Shown here: positions 39,274 through 48,447 of the stretch, in pieces
Numbering within the stretch: position 1 is the first letter of the stretch
How the letters are laid out: each line of letters begins with the position of its first letter
Origin: an uncultured Gammaproteobacteria bacterium
Lineage (GTDB): Bacteria; Patescibacteriota; Microgenomatia; Levybacterales; GWA1-39-11
Assembly (NCBI GenBank): GCA_964537315.1
Contig: CAZIAP010000002.1
Location: 107,237-171,236 of the forward strand
Reading direction: 5' to 3'
DNA: 64,000 bases
Position numbers and translations under genes: made by a program
The notes under the pieces: model-generated
What the model was told of the DNA's origin: nothing
What the model saw: the letters and a program-made list of their open reading frames with translations, nothing else
The model's database searches: none

Positions 39274-40707
39274 TTACGGTTTGCTGTTACCAGCTAAACG
39301 AGGAAACAGACCTGGCTGTGAAGAAACTAATGGTGCAGAATATTGGTCAAGGATATTTTCCGCTGTACTTGGCATAAATGGTTGTAGATCAAAAGCAATT
39401 TGAGCGATACTTTCAATATATGGATCCAATACCTTGGATAGCTCATCTTCTTCAAGTTTCCATGGAGCATCATTGTTAATTTGTTTATCTGTTTCAGATA
39501 TTCGTTTCCAAATATCAGCTAAAGCCTTGTCAAACGAGTATTTATTTAGGTTATCTGTTACATCTTGGGAAAATTTTGTTACTTTAATGCCTCTTTTATT
39601 CACTTTTTCACATAAACGAGCAACTCGCGCGGTTAAGTTTCCAAGGCCGTTAGCTAGGTCAGCAGTATAAACTTCTCGCAGTCTTCTTTCTGAAAAATCT
39701 CCGTCTGATGCAGACGGAATTTCTCGTAAAAAATAATATCTCAGTGCATCAACACCATATCCGTCGATCATTTCTATTGGATCAATAACATTTCCCAATG
39801 TCTTACTCATTTTTTTACCGTCCACTGTAAAGTAACCGTGTACAAATATTTCTTTAGGAGACTTTAATCCTGCGGATTTCAGAAAAGCTGGCCAATAAAC
39901 AGCATGGAAGCGAGTTATACCTTTGCCTATTATATGAAGGTCAGCTGGCCACCATTTGTTATAGTTATCATCGTCATATGCAAATCCTATTCCACTTTGG
40001 TAAATGTTGAGTGCATCGAACCACACATACATCCTCTGCGTATCATCTCCTGGAACTGGCACTCCCCAGTTTTTTGCTCTTTCGTTTGAGCGAGAAATAC
40101 TGATATCTTGCAGACCATTTCTAACAAAAGAGAGCATCTCATTTTTACGTGATGTAGGAGTTATTTTAAGTGTATCAGACTTAATTAACTCTTCAATATA
40201 TGATTGATATTTAGACAGCCTGAAAAAGTAATTTTCTTCTGTAACTTCTTCCAGAGCTTTTCCGGGATGCTCAAAACACTCGCCTTTCTCATCTAGTTCT
40301 GACGGCTCGTAAAATTGCTCACACCCAACGCAGTATAAGCCAGAGTACGATTTTTTATATATATCTCCATTGTTATCACAGAGTTCCCATAACTTTTGCG
40401 AAGACTTGTGGTGTTGGGGGTTACTGCCTTTTTGGAACACATCAAATCTTACGTCAAGGGACTTTGCTAATTTTTGAAAAAGTTCACTATTTTCGTCAAT
40501 GAATGTTTGAACATCTTTGCCTACATTTTCTGCTGCCTGTACATTTTTTATCGCGTTTTCATCAGAGCCGGATAGTAAGGTTACTTCGTCTCCAAGCAAT
40601 TTTCTGTAACGTCTTATTACATCTGCTTGAACAAACTCTAGAGCATGTCCTACATGTGGTTTTGCGTTTACATAAGGGATTGCAGTTGTAAGATAATACT
40701 TGCTCAT
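39274..40707 (-). CDS. metG: Methionyl-tRNA synthetase (short form)
   Basis: MSKYYLTTAIPYVNAKPHVGH (HIGH motif) and KMSKTLGN. Start at the internal ATG giving MSKYYL. Confidence 0.9.
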   Translation of the reverse strand: MSKYYLTTAIPYVNAKPHVGHALEFVQADVIRRYRKLLGDEVTLLSGSDENAIKNVQAAENVGKDVQTFIDENSELFQKLAKSLDVRFDVFQKGSNPQHHKSSQKLWELCDNNGDIYKKSYSGLYCVGCEQFYEPSELDEKGECFEHPGKALEEVTEENYFFRLSKYQSYIEELIKSDTLKITPTSRKNEMLSFVRNGLQDISISRSNERAKNWGVPVPGDDTQRMYVWFDALNIYQSGIGFAYDDDNYNKWWPADLHIIGKGITRFHAVYWPAFLKSAGLKSPKEIFVHGYFTVDGKKMSKTLGNVIDPIEMIDGYGVDALRYYFLREIPSASDGDFSERRLREVYTADLANGLGNLTARVARLCEKVNKRGIKVTKFSQDVTDNLNKYSFDKALADIWKRISETDKQINNDAPWKLEEDELSKVLDPYIESIAQIAFDLQPFMPSTAENILDQYSAPLVSSQPGLFPRLAGNSKP

Positions 40708-40762
40708 AGATGTGTTGTATTGTATCAAAAAAAAAGACACATTTCTTTAGTTTGAGGCTAGC

Positions 40763-41143
40763 TTAAGCTGGAGGGTTATTTTTTTGATGAGAGACTTCCT
40801 GAAATTTTTTAGGAGGTTTTCGAAAATAAACTATACTGAGAAGTACAATCAGTAGTAATATCACTACATAAGATCCTTCCGTATATCCAAGCATACGCAG
40901 TAGCAAAGTTGCAACTACAAAAAGCGCAAAGAAAACTCCTTTAATACTATTAAAAAAAATGTAAGTAAATACAAGATACGCGTACAAAAAAATCAATAAA
41001 AAGAATAAAATAATCGGATCAATCATAAAAGTATATAACTCAATTTTTTGATGAGGATCAATAAAATAAACAAGTTCAAATAGTGCAATGCTGAAAATTG
41101 CAATCGCGATAATAAAATGCAGCAGGCGTTTTCTAGAATGCAT
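40763..41143 (-). CDS. Small 4-TM membrane protein
   Basis: 126 aa and hydrophobic; no family recognised. Confidence 0.3.
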   Translation of the reverse strand: MHSRKRLLHFIIAIAIFSIALFELVYFIDPHQKIELYTFMIDPIILFFLLIFLYAYLVFTYIFFNSIKGVFFALFVVATLLLRMLGYTEGSYVVILLLIVLLSIVYFRKPPKKFQEVSHQKNNPPA

Positions 41144-41464
41144 GTTTATAGTATAGAGTATTAAGTATTAATTATTAACGAGTTATTTATTAATGGGTTA
41201 AAAGGTTAAAAAGTTATTGATGAAAGGCTCAATAATTTGAGTAAACCTAAATCTTAAAATCTAAAAATGGTAAGTACTTTTAGAGATAAAAATTTAAATA
41301 GAAAATCGAAAATTGAAAATACATTTTAAAACTACGAACCATAAACTATTAACTAACCCGCTTTTGGGGGATAATCATCCGTGAACTAATAACTATAAAC
41401 TGATATTCTGTTGACTTTATATTTTTGCTTCTGTTACTCTTAAACTAGCGAGATTTATATTTAT

Positions 41465-43408
41465 ATGATGGATGGATTTAATCATCTAGTTTCTTCTTTT
41501 TTCTCATCTTCCAAAAACATGGCTGGAATGATTGTGATTTTAATAATTGCAATCGCAGTTCCTGTCACGTTAGGTCTTATCAAACAGAATCAGGATAATC
41601 GGCAGGAGGCTGCTACTACTTACAGGCCTGGAACAGCAGCAGAAATTGCGCAGTGTAAACAAGGGTGTAACGGCTTATCAAGCTGGAGCAAGAATGGATG
41701 TTTAACTAGTTGTGAAGGATTACAAGTACCAGTTAGCGATGGTTCTGGTTCATCAAGTACAAAAAAAGAGAATGGTGAGCGGTGTAATACAAATACTGAT
41801 TGTAAAAGTTCTCAGTGTACTACAGCTACTTACTGTGGAACAACAGCTAAATATTGTGTAGCAACCACATATTATCCCAATCGGAACGTAGCTTGTCCAG
41901 CTGGATCTGGAGGGTCATCAGATGCGTCATCTTGTACAGGCTCAACTAACAGGGGATACAATTGTGCTTGTACGTCCAATTCTCAGTGTTCTTCTGGTAG
42001 CTGTGGATATGTAGACTCACAATATAGTCAGTTGATAGGTAAAAAATGTCTTACCGGAACTAGTACTGCTCCTACATCTGCTCCCGCAGGTGGAGCTTCT
42101 GGTAACTTCTCATGTTCAATAAGCGCCAGACAGGCTACAATTATTACAAGTGGTGTGACTTCAGTTAATAACATTAGGGGGCAAGTTAATCCTTCAAATA
42201 ATACCGGAGGAAAATATAACAGAATACGATGGATATTAACACGTGGATCAACAACTGTGGTAGACGAACACTCGATTGGTAACACAAATAATCCAACAGA
42301 AAAGTATTTTAAGAGTCTTTCTGCAGGCACATATACTCTAAATGCAAGGTTTTATCCATTAGATGGCTCTGCAGCGTCTGTTTCTTGTGGTAGTAGTACT
42401 GTAACAATTTCATCTACAGGCAGTTTTGCTTGTACTATGAATGCGGGAGTAGAGTTGGGAAATGAAGTGTGGATGAAAGTAGATAAGCCTACAGGGGACA
42501 CAACGGGTTACGATAGAATCGTTTGGAGAATAGGAAATTCACTTGAAAAGCATACCAACGGTAATACAAACAATTTTACGATATCATCGTTTACAGGTGT
42601 TCCTTCTGGTACTCATAGGGCTTATGCTAATTTTTATTCTTCAAATGGAACAAAACCTTCTGAGTACTGTGGCGAGAAATGGGTGACTGTCGCTGCTGCA
42701 CCAACTAGTACTCCAACAAACACGCCTACGAAGACTCCAACAAATACGCCAACTGTAACAGTATCAGCTCCAGTGGGGGGGAATAATTCTACAGTGACAA
42801 GCACACCAACGAATACTCCTACTGCGACTAGCACTCCTACCAGAACCCCTACTACACCTGTAAATCCTACTGCGACTAGGACTCCTACTGCAACTCCAAC
42901 TACAAACCCTCAGCAAATGACATTGAAGTTGTCTGCCACTCTTCCGGGAATCGGGAGTGGAACTGGGAATAATGCCAATCCTAAACGTACTACACGAACG
43001 GGGTCAGTAGAGATCTATAATACTCAAAACGTCAAAGTAAAAGAAGGAGAGACAAGCTTTACATATCAAGGTGGCGTATACAGTGGAACTATTGAGATGA
43101 CTAACGCTCCTGCAGGTACATATTATGTAAAGATGAAATTTGATAACACGATCTTCCAGCAGTTGCCTGGTGTATATAACCTAACATTGGGAGCAAACAC
43201 GCTTCCTACTGTAGCGCTTGCTCCAGGTGATCTAAATCAGGACAATAACCTGAATATGCAGGACTACTCTATTTTTGTCAGCTGCTATGGCGAAAAAGAA
43301 TGCGAAGCTTCATCAAAGCAAATGTCTGACTTTAATGATGATGGGATAATTGATGGAATAGATTACAATATTTTGATCAGGTCATTTGCGATCAGATCAG
43401 GAGATTAA
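41465..43408 (+). CDS. Large secreted Cys-rich protein with tandem beta-sandwich repeats, Thr/Pro linker, Cna-B/CarboxypepD_reg-like domain and dockerin-like C-terminus
   Basis: Signal anchor with the shared VPVTLGLIKQNQDNRQEAA motif. Cys-rich module (about 28 Cys). Two roughly 100-aa internal repeats (NRIRWILTRG... and DRIVWRIGNS...). TPTNTPT linker. C-terminal duplicated D-x-N-x-D-G-x-I-D segments (DLNQDNNLNMQDYSIF, DFNDDGIIDGIDYNILIRSF). Confidence 0.55.
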   Translation: MMDGFNHLVSSFFSSSKNMAGMIVILIIAIAVPVTLGLIKQNQDNRQEAATTYRPGTAAEIAQCKQGCNGLSSWSKNGCLTSCEGLQVPVSDGSGSSSTKKENGERCNTNTDCKSSQCTTATYCGTTAKYCVATTYYPNRNVACPAGSGGSSDASSCTGSTNRGYNCACTSNSQCSSGSCGYVDSQYSQLIGKKCLTGTSTAPTSAPAGGASGNFSCSISARQATIITSGVTSVNNIRGQVNPSNNTGGKYNRIRWILTRGSTTVVDEHSIGNTNNPTEKYFKSLSAGTYTLNARFYPLDGSAASVSCGSSTVTISSTGSFACTMNAGVELGNEVWMKVDKPTGDTTGYDRIVWRIGNSLEKHTNGNTNNFTISSFTGVPSGTHRAYANFYSSNGTKPSEYCGEKWVTVAAAPTSTPTNTPTKTPTNTPTVTVSAPVGGNNSTVTSTPTNTPTATSTPTRTPTTPVNPTATRTPTATPTTNPQQMTLKLSATLPGIGSGTGNNANPKRTTRTGSVEIYNTQNVKVKEGETSFTYQGGVYSGTIEMTNAPAGTYYVKMKFDNTIFQQLPGVYNLTLGANTLPTVALAPGDLNQDNNLNMQDYSIFVSCYGEKECEASSKQMSDFNDDGIIDGIDYNILIRSFAIRSGD

Positions 43409-43454
43409 AGTAAAATACTGGATACAGAATACGGAATACAGTATACTAAAAACT

Positions 43455-44051
43455 ATGCCTAAGCGAACAGTTATATTGATCTTAGTTTTAACTATCTTAA
43501 CAGGAGTTTTGGTGTTTTTAGCGCTTAAGAATGAGCAGAGAACAGCACCTCAACAAGCTGGTGAAGGAGAAAGGATAACCGAAGATACAGCGCTGCCCGA
43601 GAAAACAGCAACTCTAACATTTGATCCTCAAATAATGGAAGCTATACCTTCAACCGCGTCAGCAAACACTGTTGATGTAGTACTCAATGCCAATGAGCAT
43701 ACTATTGATAGTGTTCAGCTCGAGATAGTTTATGACCCTGCTGATCTTTCTAATGTAACAGTGAGTGCACCGGAGAATAACATATTCGGTGGTCCAGGTA
43801 GCTATACTGTCATACCAATGCCTTCAGATCCTGCACTTGGTAGAGTTTCATTTGCAATGGGTATCAGTACTCAAGCTCAAGCAGTACAAGGTGCTGGTCC
43901 TGTAGCACGAATTTCATTCACGGTGAACCCATCAACTACAAAAGATGTTACTCAAATCCAGATCATGGATCGATCTATGATAGTTGAGACAAATAGTCAT
44001 GAAAGTGTTCTTGCGCCGGTTGATCCACTTACTATTAACATTATTCGGTAA
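43455..44051 (+). CDS. Secreted cohesin-like domain protein
   Basis: Signal anchor. The beta-sandwich segment ATLTFDP...VDVVLNANEHTIDSVQLEIVYDPADLSNVTV is cohesin-like. Start chosen at the ATG at 43455 (MPKRTV...). Confidence 0.45.
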   Translation: MPKRTVILILVLTILTGVLVFLALKNEQRTAPQQAGEGERITEDTALPEKTATLTFDPQIMEAIPSTASANTVDVVLNANEHTIDSVQLEIVYDPADLSNVTVSAPENNIFGGPGSYTVIPMPSDPALGRVSFAMGISTQAQAVQGAGPVARISFTVNPSTTKDVTQIQIMDRSMIVETNSHESVLAPVDPLTINIIR

Positions 44052-44057
44052 CGCTGC

Positions 44058-44855
44058 ATGAAAAATTTAGTTTCAAAATTCCCTCAGTATTTTTCTTCTC
44101 ATACAAGAGTCATCCCATTACTCGGAGTTCTTACATTACTTCTTGCACTTCCTTTAACTCTAAACCTAATTAAGAACAATCAAGATAATAGGCAGCAAGC
44201 TGCATCCTTAAATGATCAACTTTCTATACAGCAAAACAACCCGAATCCTGGTGTCCAAAGTTTAACATGTGAGTCAGTTAACGGAAGGTGTGTGACCGAA
44301 TCTGAGTGGGCAAGTACGCAGGCAATTTTTGCAGCTGCTTCTGTAGATGGTACATATGCTTGTCCTCAAAAAGGCGGACAGAACCAGGTTTGTATTGTAC
44401 AAGAACGAGCAAATGTATCTAATCAGACATGTGACGTATCTGCCGGATTCACTTGTGATTATCGAGGACACGATGAATGTGAGGCTACCCTCGGGGTTGG
44501 TAATTGTGAACATGAAGCGAATGCTAGATGTCATAATGGAAATCTGTGTATGAAAATTTCCAGTTCTTCAAACTCAAACTTTCCGCCTTTAGGTAGTCCA
44601 TGTCCTGACGGATCATCCAACTTCTCTTGTGGATATGGATCTCCAAATACACAGTGTCCAGTATGTAGCCCTACTTCCTCTTGTAGCACTGGAAACTATA
44701 CCATACAAGCCTGTTCAGGAGCTGGGTCGTGTACAAATGATCCTGACTGCGCAGGAAATCCTCCAAGTTGTCCTGCAGGACAGACTGGTCAGGTAGTTTG
44801 CCAAAAAGCTGCCGGGCAAACACAAGGTGCTTGTGTTACTGTTAACTGTCGATAA
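44058..44855 (+). CDS. Small secreted, extremely Cys-rich protein
   Basis: Signal anchor with the LPLTLNLIKNNQDNRQQAA motif. More than 30 Cys in roughly 210 mature residues (about 15%). No TM after the anchor. Confidence 0.5.
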   Translation: MKNLVSKFPQYFSSHTRVIPLLGVLTLLLALPLTLNLIKNNQDNRQQAASLNDQLSIQQNNPNPGVQSLTCESVNGRCVTESEWASTQAIFAAASVDGTYACPQKGGQNQVCIVQERANVSNQTCDVSAGFTCDYRGHDECEATLGVGNCEHEANARCHNGNLCMKISSSSNSNFPPLGSPCPDGSSNFSCGYGSPNTQCPVCSPTSSCSTGNYTIQACSGAGSCTNDPDCAGNPPSCPAGQTGQVVCQKAAGQTQGACVTVNCR

Positions 44856-44888
44856 ATTCATTAAGATAAGAGAGTGCATATCAAACTA

Positions 44889-44925
44889 TTGACAATATTT
44901 AGCACTCATGCTATCATTTTGCTAA
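44889..44925 (+). promoter_or_regulatory. hrcA promoter (TTGACA-N17-TATCAT) overlapping a CIRCE-like inverted repeat
   Basis: TTGACA 44889-94 and TATCAT 44912-17. TTAGCACTC (44899-907, exact CIRCE left arm)-N9-TTTTGCTAA (44917-25, 6/9 to GAGTGCTAA). An additional GAGTGC...GCACTC palindrome lies upstream. Confidence 0.55.
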
Positions 44926-44965
44926 TAGAGATTTAGTTAGTAATTTTAAGTTTTTAATCTGAAAT

Positions 44966-45688
44966 ATGTACGATCTTACACCTCGCCAGATAGAGATATT
45001 GAAAAATATTGTACGTGAGTACATAGACTCTGCTGAGGCAGTGGGCAGCGAAACTTTAGAAAAAAAATATGATCTCGGAGTTTCACCTGCAACTATCAGA
45101 AATGAAATGGCAGATATGGTAAAACTCGGATATCTTGCTAAGCCGCACTCTTCTTCAGGTCGTATTCCTACAAGTAAAGCCTTAAAACTATACGTAAACG
45201 AATTGATGAAAGAGAGAGAGCTCTCGGTTGCAGACGAAGTTGAAGCCAAAGAAAAGGTGTGGGACGTAAGAGATGCAGAGTCACAATTTTTCCGTCAACT
45301 GACACGCAGTCTCTCCCAAAAGACAGGTACATTAGCTGTTGCGGCAACCCAGGAGGGAGACATGTACTTTGCGGGTTATTCTAATATCTTAGATATGCCT
45401 GAGTTCTATGACATTGATATTACAAAAAATTTACTTGCAATTTTAGATGATGTGTCATATTTCGATATGATACTCAAACATATCGAAAATGATTATGCAG
45501 TTATACTTGGTGAAGATTTTGGTTTAGAACCATTAAGACCATACGGATTTGTGTTTTCTAAATATAGCACGAAGAAAAATAGAGAAGGTTCTATAGGTGT
45601 AATCGGTCCTGCCAGGCTACATTATGAATTAGTAGTCCCATGTGTTAGATACTACGGAAGCCTAGTTGGTGAAATTGCAGATTGGTAA
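44966..45688 (+). CDS. hrcA: Heat-inducible transcription repressor HrcA (short, 240 aa)
   Basis: N-terminal wHTH LTPRQIEILKNIVREYIDSAEAVGSETL. Position is immediately upstream of grpE-dnaK. Confidence 0.7.
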   Translation: MYDLTPRQIEILKNIVREYIDSAEAVGSETLEKKYDLGVSPATIRNEMADMVKLGYLAKPHSSSGRIPTSKALKLYVNELMKERELSVADEVEAKEKVWDVRDAESQFFRQLTRSLSQKTGTLAVAATQEGDMYFAGYSNILDMPEFYDIDITKNLLAILDDVSYFDMILKHIENDYAVILGEDFGLEPLRPYGFVFSKYSTKKNREGSIGVIGPARLHYELVVPCVRYYGSLVGEIADW

Positions 45689-45702
45689 GTTTAAAAATTG
45701 AT

Positions 45703-45790
45703 CTAATTTCTAATTAACTAATTAATCTAAATTTTTGGAAATTGGATAAATTAGGACTTTTTTAGAAATTAGAATAATTAGAGCAATTAG
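45703..45790 (+). repeat. CTAATT x3 / AATTAG x4 direct- and inverted-repeat array in the hrcA-grpE intergenic region
   Basis: CTAATT at 45703, 45710 and 45718. AATTAG at 45749, 45767, 45776 and 45785. A near-identical CTAATTTCTAATT..CTAATTAA core recurs after dnaK at 48302-48335. Confidence 0.6.
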
Positions 45791-45795
45791 AAATT

Positions 45796-46260
45796 ATGCA
45801 AGATAAGAAAGTAAAGAAAAAGGACGATACGGTTCTCAAAATAGATGAACTAGAGCAAAAAATTAGTGAATTAGATGACCAATATAAAAGAGCTATTGCA
45901 GATTATCGAAATCTTGAAAAAAGAGTTGCTGAAGATAGACTTGAGTTCATTAAATTTGCAAATAAAGAATTATTGGACAGATTGCTTCCTGCATTTGACA
46001 CTTTGTTTTTGGCAGAGAAGTATGTTCAAGATGATGGTCTGAAGCTTACGATTAAGTCACTCTCTGACGCTTTGGAGCAAGTAGGCGTTAAAAGAGTGGA
46101 TACGACAGGAAACAAATTCGATCCACAAACAATGGAGTGTGTAGAGACAGTTGAAGGTGAAGAAGGTAAAGTAACAGAAGAAGTGAGACCAGGATTTATG
46201 TTAGCTGATAAAACACTTCGTCCTGCATTAGTAAAAGTGGGAAAGGAGAAAAAAGAATAA
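45796..46260 (+). CDS. grpE: Nucleotide exchange factor GrpE
   Basis: RAIADYRNLEKRVAEDR coiled-coil region and the GrpE C-terminal beta domain. 154 aa. Confidence 0.85.
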   Translation: MQDKKVKKKDDTVLKIDELEQKISELDDQYKRAIADYRNLEKRVAEDRLEFIKFANKELLDRLLPAFDTLFLAEKYVQDDGLKLTIKSLSDALEQVGVKRVDTTGNKFDPQTMECVETVEGEEGKVTEEVRPGFMLADKTLRPALVKVGKEKKE

Positions 46261-46342
46261 GGTAGGATGTATAAAGTATTAAGTTTTCTAAAGATTTAGT
46301 ATATACTTAATACCTGATACATAGTACTTGAAATAAAAAAAT

Positions 46343-48286
46343 ATGGCAAAAATTATAGGTATTGATTTAGGTACAACAAACTCAGCAGTTGCTGTCATGG
46401 AAGGTGGCAGCCCTAAAGTGATCTTTTCATCAGAAGGACGAAACGTTACTCCGTCAGTTGTAGACCCAGTCGAAAGAGTTGTTGGCGACGTGGCAAAGCG
46501 TCAGATGGCTTTAAAGCCAAAACGAATCATCTACTCGATTAAACGATTAATGGGTCACCGTTTTAAAGATGACGCAATACAGGAAGAAATAAAACGACTT
46601 CCCTACACTATAAAAGAAGGTCGCGATGGCATGGCCGTCGTTGAAGTAGAAGGAAAAACATACACTCCTCAAGAAATATCTGCACAAATTTTACAGAAGC
46701 TTAAAAAAGATGCTGAGAGTTATTTGGGTGATACTGTTACTCAGGCAGTTATTACCGTACCAGCATACTTTGATGATGCTCAGCGTCAGGCAACTAAGCA
46801 GGCGGGAGAGATTGCAGGGCTTGAAGTACTGCGGGTGGTTAACGAGCCAACTGCAGCTGCACTCGCGTACGGATTGGATAAAAAGCACGCGCACACTATT
46901 GCAGTCTACGATTTAGGAGGAGGAACATTTGATATCTCATTGCTTGAACTAGGTGAAGGAGTATATGAAGTGAAAGCTACAAATGGTGATACACACCTTG
47001 GAGGAGATGATTTCGATAAAGCAATTATTGACTGGTTAGCAGAGGAGTTTAAGAAAGAAAATGGCGTTGATCTGCGTCAAGATCCTCAGGCGCTACAACG
47101 CTTGAAAGAATCTGCTGAAAAAGCAAAGATCGAGTTATCTACTTCCATGGAAACTGAGATTAATCAGCCATTTATTACCATGGGTCAAAATGGTCCTCTT
47201 CACTTAACAGTAAAACTTACCAGAAGCAAACTTGAACAGTTAATCGACGGACTTGTACAGAAAACATTTAAACCAGTTGAAGATGCTCTAAAAGACGCAG
47301 GTTTGACTGCAGATAAAATTGATGAGGTTATATTGGTCGGAGGTATGACTCGTATGCCAAAAATCGTCGATGCCGTAACTAAATTTTTTGGAAAGGAACC
47401 AAACAAAAGTGTTAATCCAGATGAAGTAGTATCCATTGGAGCAGCTGTACAAGCAGGAGTTCTTGGAGGAGATGTAAAAGACGTTTTACTTCTGGATGTT
47501 ACACCGCTGACACTGGGAATCGAGACATTAGGAAGTGTGGCAACTCCACTTATACCACGTAATACGACTATTCCTACCAAAAAATCACAAGTCTTTTCAA
47601 CCGCAGCAGATAATCAGACACAGGTTGAGATACACGTAGTGCAAGGAGAGCGACCGATGGCAAGTGATAATAAATCGCTAGGTAAATTTGTCCTCGATGG
47701 AATTCCTCCAGCTCCAAGAGGAGTGCCACAGATTGAGGTTTCGTTTGATCTTGATGCCTCTGGTATTTTGTCGGTTACCGCCAAAGATAAAGCCAGCGGA
47801 AAAGAGCAGAGTATTAAAATCACGGGTTCAACAGGACTGACAGATGATGAAATTCAAAAAATGACTCAGGAAGCAGAAAAGAATGCGGAAGAAGATCAAA
47901 AGAAAAAAGAGTTAATAGAAGCAAAAAATCATGCAGAGAATCTAGCTTTTACAGCTGAAAAATCACTTAAAGACGCAGGAGATAAAGTGGCTGAAGATCT
48001 CAAAAAAGAGATAACGGATAAAGTCGCTGCAGTTCGTGAAGCAATTAAAGGTGATAATAAAGAAGAGATTGATAGCAAGACTAATGAGCTTTCAGAAAGC
48101 ATGCAGAAAATCGGCCAAGAGATGTATGGATCGGCAGGCTCACCACAGGATGGTTCTGACAGCTCATCGCAAGACTCTCGTGACTCTGCTCATGACGGAA
48201 CAGCTGAAAACTCAGATGATCAAAAGAAAGACTCCTCAGATAATCCAGACGAGCCTGTTGAAGGTGAAGTCGTAGATGAGAAGTAA
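46343..48286 (+). CDS. dnaK: Chaperone DnaK (Hsp70)
   Basis: [29 protein letters not shown], and an acidic C-terminal tail. Confidence 0.95.
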   Translation: MAKIIGIDLGTTNSAVAVMEGGSPKVIFSSEGRNVTPSVVDPVERVVGDVAKRQMALKPKRIIYSIKRLMGHRFKDDAIQEEIKRLPYTIKEGRDGMAVVEVEGKTYTPQEISAQILQKLKKDAESYLGDTVTQAVITVPAYFDDAQRQATKQAGEIAGLEVLRVVNEPTAAALAYGLDKKHAHTIAVYDLGGGTFDISLLELGEGVYEVKATNGDTHLGGDDFDKAIIDWLAEEFKKENGVDLRQDPQALQRLKESAEKAKIELSTSMETEINQPFITMGQNGPLHLTVKLTRSKLEQLIDGLVQKTFKPVEDALKDAGLTADKIDEVILVGGMTRMPKIVDAVTKFFGKEPNKSVNPDEVVSIGAAVQAGVLGGDVKDVLLLDVTPLTLGIETLGSVATPLIPRNTTIPTKKSQVFSTAADNQTQVEIHVVQGERPMASDNKSLGKFVLDGIPPAPRGVPQIEVSFDLDASGILSVTAKDKASGKEQSIKITGSTGLTDDEIQKMTQEAEKNAEEDQKKKELIEAKNHAENLAFTAEKSLKDAGDKVAEDLKKEITDKVAAVREAIKGDNKEEIDSKTNELSESMQKIGQEMYGSAGSPQDGSDSSSQDSRDSAHDGTAENSDDQKKDSSDNPDEPVEGEVVDEK

Positions 48287-48301
48287 TTCTCATAAAAATT
48301 A

Positions 48302-48335
48302 CTAATTTCTAATTGATCTAATTAACCAAAATTAG
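48302..48335 (+). repeat. Second copy of the CTAATT-array element, downstream of dnaK
   Basis: CTAATT at 48302, 48309 and 48318, plus AATTAG at 48330. The core aligns with 45703-45723 with few mismatches. Confidence 0.55.
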
Positions 48336-48447
48336 TCTCAATATTAAAATCCCTAATCAATAAGAAGTTAGACTCTAGATATCTGAAGTGATTAATTTTA
48401 ATTTCTCCCGTTTGTATTGATTTTCTTCTTTATGCTACTATTAATAT

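Noticed and set aside
43386-43454. Upstream ATG (43386) for the cohesin-like gene
   Set aside because: It would add a 23-aa hydrophilic leader before the signal anchor and overlap the previous gene's stop. The ATG at 43455 gives a conventional MPKRTV plus hydrophobic helix.
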